From the NCBI RefSeq assembly GCF_030684315.1, contig NC_081377.1:33604001-33668000 (forward strand): a DNA stretch of 64,000 nt, in the 5' to 3' direction. Below the pieces are notes generated by a model, which saw only the letters and a list, made by a program, of their open reading frames with translations, did no database searches and was not told the origin of the DNA. Position 1 is the first letter of the stretch; each line of letters opens with the position of its first letter. The DNA comes from Stegostoma tigrinum. Its lineage: Eukaryota. The translations under genes and the position numbers were made by a program. Positions 24,311-35,500 of the stretch are shown one piece after another.

Positions 24311-24644
24311 TATGTCTTTAGTCATTCAACTATGTGTATAATCTACAGTGACATCTTTTAGCATAGATCCCAAACTACAAATCTAAGTCTGTGATATTGT
24401 AGCTGTGTAAACAGTTCATATTGTAAGTAAACTTCAAAAACTGGAACCAAACTCTCTGGTATATGTTACATAAGTTAACAAATAAAAAAACTGCAAGACA
24501 CACAAAGTGACACACCAGTTTTTTTTCCTTAGAGACTCAGGTTGGCATAATTTCAGAGGGACCCTACTCAATATTGTTGTAATTTTGCTTACAACCTTAA
24601 ATCCAGGAAGTCCTGGACTGTTTTTTAGACTTGTGAGCAGTTCC

Positions 24645-25080
24645 TTTATTCATTAGTGAGATGAGGGCATCACTGGCTAGGCAGCATTTATTGCCCACAG
24701 CAAACCACGTTGCCGTCGGTCTGGAGTAACATGTAGGCCAAATCACGTAAGGATAACAGTTTCCTTCCCTAAAGGACATTAGTGAATGAGATGGGTTTTT
24801 CCTGACAATTGACATCATTAAATTCTTAATTCCAGATATTTTATTGAATTTAAATTTCACCATCTGCCTTGGCAGGATTCAAACACAGATACCCAGAACA
24901 TTAGAGATAATGGGAACTGCAGATGCTGGAGAATCCAAGATAATAAAGTGTGAAGCTGGATGAACACAGCAGGCCAAGCAGCATCTCAGAAGCACAAAAG
25001 CTGACGTTTCGGGCCTAGACCCTTCATCCTGGATCGCTAGACTAACTGTCCAGTGATAATACCACTAGGCCATTGCCTAC
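24645..25080 (-). mobile_element. tRNA-derived SINE interrupted by a single-arm Penelope-like derivative (24904-25028)
   Basis: Reverse relative of 15008-15333; the insert GAGATAATGGGAACTGCAGATGCTGG..CCCTTCATC splits the tRNA-like head. Confidence 0.8.
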
Positions 25081-26463
25081 CCATTTGTATGATTGACAGC
25101 TTTCATAGACCATGGGTGAAATTTTGATGAGTAAACATCACAGAGAATAATTTTGTTTTTGGGTTCAAATTAATTCTAAATGATTAATAATGTATAAAAA
25201 TCCTACTTGAAATATTGTTATTAGCTCTTAATTGCTAGTATAGGCTGTTCTCCATTATTATTCATAGTAACAAGTACAATAAAGTGGATTTAGGAAGAAC
25301 ACATTGGATGAATTTATATGGACACAAAATTTAAATAGTTGTGTGCAATTAAAGGGGTCTGTCACATAGGGAGGGAAAAGCACAGTAAGTCTTTGGAATG
25401 TCTTAAATGGCATTTCAAACTATCATCTACTGAGGCTCAAGGGGCAGGAATTCTGTAGTGTCAGTAGAAGGGAGATGAAAGGAGTCATTTGTAGACAAGT
25501 GACAAAACATACGTTATCATCTGTTTTGCTTTTAAAGGAAAAGCAATGCTGTTCTATTGCAAAATGACTCTCTGTGTTTTCAACACTACAATTTCAAAGA
25601 TCAGCAACTAGGTTCAGCCAAGTTTCAGGCCATAGCCAATGATTAAAGTATCTGCCCACATGCCAGGTCACAAGTATGTTTGAAGCAGTTGCCACAGTTT
25701 TGTGTCAGTTGCTCTGCTGACCCAGAACTTGATATGATGGATAGATTATGTTTGGCAAGAACTCAAGAGTAAACAGGCACAACAGAAATGGCTGGTGGCG
25801 TTTTGGGAGGTGTTGTCAATCACTCTTGATCACACCATCAAGCCATTTTCATACAGTACCACATAAAACTTGGCAAATTCTAATTGGGTGCTTTTGAAGA
25901 ATCATTCATCTAGCGGTTAGTCAGACAATAACAAACGGAAATGATGCCATGAGGAATTGGTTAGCACAGGTTCCTTTGGGTACAGGAACAATTATGAACA
26001 TGGCTAAGTGATATCTCATTTCTCTTTGATTGTGTGGATACTGACATGAAGGTACAGATATTGTGCCTGACCTGCATTGCATTGCTTCATAGGACTTCTT
26101 TTGAATATCAGCTTGAAATATTCCCAATGAGTGTAGGCTTTACCATTATGAAAGAAGCTTGTGCTAAAACTTAAGCATGACCGGTTCCTGAAAGAGAATG
26201 TGTCAGCAGAAACACTATGGAAGGCAGAAAAAGCTCAGGATTAAAAACTCTAAAATACTGTAAAATTCAGTATTCCTAAATGACTTGCAGACTATACACT
26301 TCTAAGTAAATGTGGACACCAGTCTTCTTGAGTGCATTTTGGACTTGACTGAGAACTTGCTGTGCACAAACATCACCAGTCACACCTCAAAAGTACTTTA
26401 TTGAAAGTAAAGCACTTTGGACTGCGAAATCACTGAAGAAACACAAGATTTTCATTTGTATCA

Positions 26464-26601
26464 GCGATAATAGGAACTGCAGATGCTGGAGAATCCAAGA
26501 TAACAAGGTGTAGAGCTGGATGAACACAGCAAGCCAAGCAGCATCTTAGGAACAAAGATGCTGCTCAGCCTGTTGTGTTCATCCAGCTCTACACCTTATC
26601 T
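26464..26601. mobile_element. Fold-back Penelope-like derivative
   Basis: Inverted arms; flanked by TTTTCATTTGTAT / TTTTCTTTTGTAT. Confidence 0.8.
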
Positions 26602-27330
26602 CTTTTTCTTTTGTATTCTAGGTTTGAATCCCTTCAATCAATTTCTACCTGACACAGTACCAAACAGTTCTTATCAAAATCACAAATTACAGCCTATGTG
26701 ACCGTGACCATAGTAAACTTTCTCTTTACATTTTTCTTAATCCATCTGCAGAGTTTGACATGGTTGACCATAGCAATAACCTCTTACACCTTTCAAACTG
26801 TCATTCAGATAGATGTAACTGCTGTCACCTGTTTCTACTCTTGTTTATTCTATTGTAGCCAGAGAATCACTGTCATGGTTCCTTTTCCTGTTATTGTGTT
26901 GATGTCTCTGGTGTCAAAGATATATCCTTGGTTCCTTCCTATTTCCCATCTACATGCTACCAAACGAGAACTCCATCCAAAAGCACAGCATTAGTTTTCA
27001 CACGTACACTATAACAACACACAAATCTACCTTCACCAGCTTGACTTCTTCACTGCTGATAAATGAGCAGACTGCTTATCCGATATCCGGTACTGGTTGA
27101 GTAGAAATTTCCTCCAATTAAATATTGTGAAGTCTGAAGTCATTGCCTTTAACCCAAATCCATACCCTATTCCCTAGTTACAAACTCTATTCCTTTCGCT
27201 GATAACAGTCTAATATTAAGTCAGACTGGCATTGATCCTGAACTGAACCTCTGATTTCCCATTCATGCTATCGCTAAGAATGTCTACTTCCACATTGTAA
27301 CATCATCTGAAGTCAGTTCTGTCTCAGCTC

Positions 27331-27468
27331 AGAGATAATAGGAACTGCAGATGCTGGAGAATCCGAGATAACAAAGTGTAGAGTTGGATAAACGCAGCAG
27401 GCCAAGCAGCATCTTAGGAGCAGAAAAGCTGACATTCTGGGCCTAGATCAGCTCTACACTTTGTTATC
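27331..27468. mobile_element. Fold-back Penelope-like derivative inside an L2-like relic (about 27000-27900)
   Basis: TSD TCTG(T/C)CTCAGCTC at 27318-27330 and 27469-27481. Confidence 0.8.
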
Positions 27469-28028
27469 TCTGCCTCAGCTCGTCTATCTTCTCTGTCTCT
27501 AGATTTGACCATTCCAATGCACCTTTGGCTGGTCTCCCATAACCTATACTCTATTTAGATCATTCAAAATATTGTTGCCTGCATGTTAACACACAAGTAC
27601 CATTGCCCTATCATCCTTGTGCTCACTGACCTCCAAACAAGCAATGTTATCCTTTTGAAATTCTCATTTTTCAAATCCCTCTATTGTCTGAACTTCTCCC
27701 CCATCCCAAGCCCCACAATCCCCTGGGATATCTGCAATCCACTAACTCTTGCCTCTTGTGCATTACCCTAAATTTTAATTACTACACCAGTGGTCGCTGT
27801 ATCTGGGGCGCAAACTTTGGAAATCCCTCCTGACACCTCTCCCCACTTTCCATTTTTACAACACTCCTTAATGGGTTTGTTGTCACACAATTGTTTTATA
27901 ATGTTCCTCTGCCTAGTAAGGTTTTGCAAGATTCCATAAAAAATATTGCTGTGCCTGACAGCTGTGAAACAGAGCAATGAAATATCATAACCCCTCCCCA
28001 ACTTACAACCAAAATGAAGATTTCCCCC

Positions 28029-28187
28029 AAGACAGTAGGAACTGCAGATGCTGGAGAATCGGAGATAACAAGGTGTAGAGCTGGATGAGCACAGCAGGCC
28101 AAGCAGCATCAGAGGGGTCTAGGCCGGATATGTCAGCCTTCCTGCTCGGCCTGCTGTGTTCATCCAGCTCTACACCTTGTTATCTAT
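28029..28187. mobile_element. Fold-back Penelope-like derivative
   Basis: TSD TGAAGATTTCCCC at 28015-28027 and 28188-28200. Confidence 0.8.
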
Positions 28188-28422
28188 TGAAGATTTCCCC
28201 AGTTGCTTTGACCATGCAGGAGCTTCTGCCTCTTGACCCAGACATAATCACAGCTTCGGAGGGGGCCAGGGCACGACGGAGGTGGGACCCAATCTTGTAG
28301 TCCGTGAATACCCTTGTGGGCCAGACTCTTCAGAGAGTAACCTGAAGGGATAGACTATGGCAATAAAATGTGAGGCTGGATGAACACAGCAGGCCAAGCA
28401 GCATCTCAGGAGCACAAAAGCT

Positions 28423-28450
28423 GACGTTTCGGGCCTAGGCCCTTCATCAG
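28423..28450 (-). ncRNA. Minimal hammerhead motif in the inverted arm
   Basis: Reverse strand CTGATGAAGGGCCTAGGCCCGAAACGTC. Confidence 0.75.
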
Positions 28451-30202
28451 AGAGGGGGATGGGATGAGGGTTCTGGAATAAATAGGGAGAGAGGGGGAGG
28501 CGGACCGAAGATGGAGAGAAAAGAAGATAGGTGGAGAGGAGAGTATAGGTGCAGAGGTGGGGAGGGGATAGGTCAGTCCAGGGAAGACAGACAGGTCAAG
28601 GAGGTGGGATGAGGTTAGTAGGTAGATGGGGGTGCGGCTTGGGGTGGGAGGAAGGGATGGGTGAGAGGAAGAACAGGTTAGGGAGGCAGAGACAGGTTGG
28701 ACTGGTTTTGGGATGCAGTGGGTGGAGGGGAAGAGCTGGGCTGGTTGTGTGGCGCAGTGGGGGGAGGGGACGAACTGGGCTGGTTTAGGGATGCGGTGAG
28801 GGAAGGGGAGATTTTGAAACTGGTGAAGTCCCACTTCCTACAGACTAAGCGGGTGGCCATGGGCACCCGCATGGGCCCCAGCTATGCCTGCCTCTTTGTA
28901 GGTTACGTGGAACAGTCCCTCTTCCGCACCTACACAGGCCCCAAACCCCACCTCTTCCTCCGGTACATTGATGACTGTATCGGCGCCACCTCTTGCTCCC
29001 CAGAGAAGCTCGAACAGTTCATCCACTTCACCAACACCTTCCACCCCAACCTTCAGTTCACCTGGGCCATCTCCAGCACATCCCTCACCTTCCTGGACCT
29101 CTCAGTCTCCATCTCAGGCAACCAGCTTGTAACTGATGTCCATTTCAAGCCCACCGACTTCCACAGCTACCTAGAATACACCTCCTCCCACCCACCCTCC
29201 TGCAAAAATTCCATCCCCTATTCCCAATTCTTCCGCCTCCGCCGCATCTGCTCCCACGATAAGACATTCCACTCCAGCACATCCCAGATGTCCAAGTTCT
29301 TCAAGGACCGCAACTTTCCCCCCACAGTGATCGAGAATGCCCTTGACCGCGTCTCCCGCATTTCCCGCAACACATCCCTCACACCCTGCCCCCGCCACAA
29401 CTGCCCAAAGAGGATCCCCCTCGTTCTCACACACCACCCCACCAACCTCTGGATACAACGCATCATCCTCCGACACTTCCGCCATCTACAATCCGACCCC
29501 ACCACCCAAGACATTTTTCCATCCCCACCCCTGTCTGCTTTCCGGAGAGACCACTCTCTCTGTGACTCCCTTGTTCGCTCCACACTGCCCTCCAACCCCA
29601 CCACATCCGGCACCTTCCCCTGCAACCGCAGAAAATGCTACACAATGATGCCACCCGAAGGTTGTAGGAACAGCAACTCATATTGCGCCTGGGAACCCTG
29701 CAGCCTAATGGTATCAACGTTGACTTCACCAGCTTCAAAATCTCCGCAGTGCCACAATGATGCCACCCGAAGGTTGTAGGAACAGCAACTCATATTGCGC
29801 CTGGGAACCCTGCAGCCTAATGGTATCAACGTTGACTTCACCAGCTTCAAAATCTCCCCTTCCCCCACCGCATCCCAAAACCAGCCCAGTTCGTCCCCTC
29901 TCCCCACTGCACCACACAACCAGCCCAGCTCTTCCCCTCCACCCACTGCATCCCAAAACCAGTCCAGCCTGTCTCTGCCTCCCTAACCTGTTCTTCCTCT
30001 CACCCATCCCTTCCTCCCAGCCCAAGCCGCACCCCCATCTACCTCATCCCACCTCCTTGACCTGTCCGTCTTCCCTGGGCTGACCTATCCCCTCCCCACC
30101 TACCCACCTATACTCTCTCCACCTATCTTCTTTTCTCTCCATCTTCGGTCCGCCTCCCCCTCTCTCCCTATTTATTCCAGAACCCTCACCCCATCCCCCT
30201 CT

Positions 30203-30230
30203 CTGATGAAGGGTCTAGGCCCGAAACGTC
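30203..30230 (+). ncRNA. Minimal type I hammerhead ribozyme motif in the Penelope terminal repeat
   Basis: CUGAUGA-A-GGGU(CUAG)GCCC-GAAAC-GUC; loopless ACGU helix III as in PLE minimal hammerheads. Confidence 0.8.
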
Positions 30231-30500
30231 AGCTTTTGTGCTCCTGAGATGCTGCTTGGCCTGCTGTGTTCATCCAGCTTCACACTTTATTATCTAGGAT
30301 TCTTCAGCATCTGCAGTTCCCATTATCTCGGATAGACTATGGCACATGCTTTGCGTTGGAAGTCTTTTGCAAACCTGCTGAACTTGAAGGGACAGAAACT
30401 CTGAGCTGTTGAGCCTGCAGAGGGCAGCGGCTGTAGCTGACTAAGCTGAGTTGTTGGGTTTTTTTCTTTCCTCCTCTCTTGTTCATTTTGCCTTTCATTC

Positions 30501-30580
30501 TGATGGCGCAGGAAATGACGGGACCGTTTGCTGGTTGATATAAAAAGCCTCCTCCTCCATTACTCTCTCTCCGTCTCCTA
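30501..30580 (+). promoter_or_regulatory. PABPC4 core promoter: YY1-like, ETS/CRE-like, TATA and TCT/5'TOP-like start
   Basis: GATGGCG, CAGGAAATGACG, TATAAAAAG at 30539-30547, CTCTCTCTCC at 30563-30572 about 25-30 nt downstream; CpG-enriched region follows. Confidence 0.7.
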
Positions 30581-30632
30581 GCCACATGTGTGAGTGTGGA
30601 AAAGCTCCTGAGGTAGCGCACACTCATACGTG

Positions 30633-30692
30633 AAAAAAAATCTTTAAAAAAATCAAAAAAATCTTATAAACAGAAAAAAACAAAAATAAAAA
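30633..30692 (+). promoter_or_regulatory. A-rich autoregulatory-type sequence (ARS) in the 5' leader
   Basis: Oligo(A) runs separated by short pyrimidine spacers, the architecture of the PABPC1 ARS; further A clusters at 30747-30765 and 30867-30889. Confidence 0.75.
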
Positions 30693-31092
30693 TCGGTGGA
30701 ACTAAGTTGTGAAGAGGGCGAAAATCCAGTTACTTTTAATAATTTTAAAAAAAAGGAAAAATAAAGCCAACCAGGTCTCAGCCACGCTCTGGGATTTATC
30801 GCCTGGAATCGGGTGCGGACAAACCTTCCGAAGTTTCTGGAAGCTGAAGTATCTGAAGCGGTTTTTAAAAACAAAACAAAAGAAAAGAATTATAAGAGCC
30901 GGGGATCTGTTAACTCAATAGGCCACAGGCTTCAGGAGATAAGGAAGAGAATCAGATTTAACCGGTTCGAGCATTTCTGGAAAGTTCTTTGCCCGACGGT
31001 TCCTCGCCCACTCCCCTTTTTCTTTCAATTCCTCGCGCTCGCTGTCTCCCGTTTCGTTAGGGGGGGGGGGGGGGGGAAAGTTGATCGTTTAA

Positions 31093-31521
<429 letters not shown>

Positions 31522-32344
31522 TAGCGCCAAACTTTTCTCATCTGGGAGATCTCCCTGCCCCGATCTTTAAAATACACCGCCAGTTAGTTTAAAACCTCGT
31601 CGATTTCATTGCAGGTAGCTGAAATGATGGGCTAGTAAAATTAAAAAAGGTTACGAATTCTGAAGGGATTGAAATCTCATGACCTTGGGGATCTCCGTTT
31701 GTAAACACAATGTCACAGGTATGAAAATCGATAATGACTTGTAACATTTGTCAATGTCACGGTTGGCAATGAATTGGCAGCTGGCACAGTTCTTTTTAAG
31801 ATGTTCTAAAGAAATTACAGGCAGGGCCATGACAAGGTAAATATCCAGGAGGTGAAAAGCATTTCAGGCACAAAAAACAGTTATGGGCCTGATGTCCTTG
31901 AGGAAGAAAAGTTGTAGAGCACCTATCATGGCTCAATGAGCTGATGAAGGACTTGATTTATTACTAGGCCAAACAACCTACAAAAACTGTTCATTAGCTA
32001 TTTTTAGCAGAGATTTTGGAAAATGCACCTATAATTAGCTTCAGTGTTTCTGGGTTGAGGGGAAATAAAAAGCAATTAGTGTCCAATACCAGATTTCTTC
32101 AGATGAACCCCTTGTGGAGAGTTCATGGCTGTGACTCAGAGTTAGCGAGCAAATGCAGTCTAAACTTTGCATTTATATAATGTCCTTTTGGTTAAGACCT
32201 CTGAAGGAACCATTATATTGTACAGGATGGAAGGAGGACCTAGCAGTTTTCTACTGTCATTGGTATAGTACTCTAAAATTGGATTAGAGTTTTGTACATA
32301 TTAAAATTCAAGATTGAAGTGAAAGGCACCCATATTCCCAGAGG

Positions 32345-32540
32345 ACTATGGGTCGCTTTCTTCTTAGAATACAAAAATAACTGCTGGTGAGTTTAATCTG
32401 AGGGCCACCATGTGTTGGGTGAGGGGCAGGATTGAGAACGCAGTTCCTTCATGGTAACCTCAGTCGATACAGGAATTGAACCCATGCTTTTGGTGTCACT
32501 GGATGTTGCAAAGTAGCAGTTCAGCCAAGGGACTTAACGG
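32345..32540 (-). mobile_element. tRNA-derived SINE relic
   Basis: Reverse-strand B-box GGGTTCAATTCC with an upstream A-box-like TTGGCTGAA. Confidence 0.5.
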
Positions 32541-35500
32541 GTAGTCACTTTGAAGGATGCCTTCAATATTAAAATGTCGTTGAAGTATAGTGAAGATGTG
32601 TCTGAAGTGCTAATATGCAGCAATATGATCCTTGTCAGTGACTGAATGCTTTGCATTGTTGCTGAGCAGTTCTCCTTTATCTTCAAGCATAATGAGCTGA
32701 AGTAGATTGTGACTTGGGTTTGAGATCAGAAAACTTAGCAAATTACAGCCTTTGAACCCTGGATTTTCTCGAATGTCTGGTTCACCACTATATCAGGTTA
32801 TCCATTTATCCACTAAGTGATGAGAGAGTGTCTGATTGTATGTACTTTAATTGTAATAAGATAGTTTTCTAGCCTTTTACTCACTTTTGTACTTAAAATT
32901 GTTTTTTGTCTGCTATGTTGGACTAGTTCATTCAATCTCATCTGGCATTACATAGTTTCTGCACAGAGAACATCTACCCTTTCCCTTCCTCTGATTGTTG
33001 GGTCAAGTTTTGTGTATTTGCAACAATGCTGGGGATTATCAGCAGATGGTATTCATCTTGGCTTTAGAAAGTGCAGTGTTAGCCATTTCGTATGTTACTT
33101 TGTCCCTGCTGTGATTGAATTTTGGAAAAAATTGGCATCTATCACCTTGGAAATTTTACGATGAGGAAAAGCTATTTGGTGTCTTCTAGTAACTTAAATT
33201 CATTTTACAATAGGATAGTAGCAGACATTGTCTAATTTCTTGTTCAGCCGAATAAGTTTCAGCACACAAGTAATATATCTTAGCACAAGTTATAGTGCTT
33301 AAAACAATAACTAGTGTGCTGAAATATGGATAATTATACCTTTTGATTTAATTGTTGCACTTAGATTATTAGTTTCACTTTGTTTTAATGTCTGTTAAAA
33401 TTTTTAAAAAATCTTTTTCAGTTGTTGTTCTGTGATCCTCCTGACATCACAGCACCAGCTCTAACACAAAACAATGAAAGGTTCTGATGCTGAGCGAAAC
33501 TGTGCAACTATCGTGGGCATAACCACAGTTCTCAGCCAATCGGAATCCTCCTTAATCTAAATCAGAAATAAATGTTCAACTATCAGCAACCTACACATAT
33601 GGTAAGGAGCAACTTGAGCATTTACACGTTATCCATAATGAAATATGAAGCAGTATTCTAATGTGCTCAGAATACAACTTTCTAGTGTCACTATTTCTTT
33701 TCTGCCCTATGCTAGTGACTTTTCTTGTCACTTGACTTCGGAAAAGTTTTCCATTATGAAGTCTGTTTTCATCCCCTTTCTTTCAAATAATGTTAAGCAA
33801 TGTTTTGAAAATGCTGCTTCCTTCATAAGATAATTGTAGCAGAGTTGAGTACATCCTGGAAGCCACTTATTAGAAATTAATTGTCACAAGGCTTGTTAGC
33901 ATATGCTAATATGCTCTATGGGGGAAAAAAATCATTTTAATGCCTTGATATGCTTTTTAAAAGATGCTTTGATTCAGACTGTTCAAATCAATCTATTATC
34001 GCTTCCATCTGTAAGAAACCTTATAGTAGAGTCATAATACTTTTTTCCAGTCAGTCAAATTTGTACGCCAGAAGTAGTTTTACGTGTTATTCTAAATCAG
34101 CATTCTGTAGGTTAAAAGTCAGATGGAATGCCTGTGGTATGGAAAGAAATCAGAATTTACAAATTACTCTATAAAATTCTAGTGACACCGAATCTTACAC
34201 GTATCATCATATGAAGCAGCCATTGGGTAGATGAAAGTTACAAAGGGTTAAGATGTGGTCTGATAGATATGTAAGCTATTTACAGCTTCAGATTCTTTTC
34301 ACACTAGATTGGGTTTTCTGCCCCCATGGAACTGAAGTGTATTCACTCAACATAACAGCTTTTCTATATGTAGCCATTAAAGAGACACAAACAGCAAATC
34401 TAAATTCCTTCAGCACTGTGGAGGGCATTAATTTAACCAAAGTTTTGTCAAATCACCTTTTAAACAGGTTATAATTATTGCCAGAAACCACTACTTTCTA
34501 CAGATCACCATAGTTGCTGACTATCTGAGTACTAAATATCATTAATAGGTGAAAAACAATCTTCCTCTGTTGCTTATCAATTTGTATCCTAAATCAAAGT
34601 TAAGATTTGTTGGTTTGCTTTATACTAATTGATCACATTCCATCACTGGCAAGATGATATATTCTTGGTAAAATGAAGGTAGCCAACCAGCTATGATGTA
34701 GATTTACATTAAGATGCTTGGGAGTGTAGTTGAATCCTACTCAGTGTTCACAGGCGTGTGTACACAAAACTAGCAAAAACAATCAGGGAGAGGAAAGATA
34801 TGGTGCTGGAAGTGCAGAATGTTACAAGAAACAATAGAATGTCAGACAGATGAAGTAACTTTTCCAGATTTGAATGTGTGAAAATGAATCTTTTAAAGAA
34901 GGTAACAATTTAGCCTGACACTTATTAAACTTGCAGCAGTTTGTTTGGCAGTTTGGAAGATTGGTACTGTATTCCAAATTTTGAATGTAGTTTTAAACAG
35001 CATATGGCAATTACCACCGAAAACGTCCAATTTCTGTATGTTGTCATTGTAACTCACTGAGTATAAGTACAATGTTTAAAAGTTTCATTAATAGTTGGAA
35101 GAAAAATTTGTTAGTTTTTCAACCGATTATGTGTAATTTCTGCTTGTCTGCTTTTCAAACAAAAGTTTTGAATATTTAGAGTAGAGGAATAAAATTTTTT
35201 TTAATGTTACTTTAATTGTAAATGACAGACATACAGTTTTTTTTTGAGAGTAGCATGATGAACTTTGAAAGTGCCTGAATCTTTTCAGCCACTTTATTCT
35301 TTGCATTAATTTCAGTTATATGTTCCTGAGTCAAATAAATTCTCTAAAGGCCGTAAATACGCTAGTATCCCTGGTAATCAGTAACTTAAATAGTGTCTGT
35401 CTATTCAGATTTTATTTTAGCTAAACCCAGAAAAGGAGATTGGCTCAGACCATGTGGTAAGTGTAATGTTGATTCAGCTCTTCTGCCTGCACATGCCTTT

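Larger units (their letters stand above)
28363..30329 (+). mobile_element. Penelope-like retroelement (5'-truncated, inverted terminal repeat, RT fragment, internally deleted GIY-YIG)
   Basis: In ORF 28697..29779: QTKRVAMGTRMGPSYA, RYIDD, FLDL, Cys-rich linker FPCNRRKCYT. GIY-YIG tail LGTLQPNGIN. About 460-bp inverted arms 28363-28830 / 29834-30291. Perfect 15-bp TSD GGATAGACTATGGCA at 28348-28362 and 30330-30344. Confidence 0.93.

Noticed and set aside
28406-30083. Many overlapping ORFs on both strands around the Penelope element
   Set aside because: By-products of GC-rich, stop-poor terminal repeats; only the RT-bearing part of 28697..29779 and the short GIY-YIG tail have recognisable motifs
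33484-33536. Hairpin with CTGATG..GAAAC..GTT resembling a hammerhead or H/ACA RNA
   Set aside because: Core lacks the A of CUGANGA, helix I does not pair next to the cleavage site, and there is no terminal ACA box
35255-35329. ATGATGA...CTGA spaced like a C/D snoRNA
   Set aside because: No terminal stem, no clear C' box, and no rRNA antisense element that I can recognise
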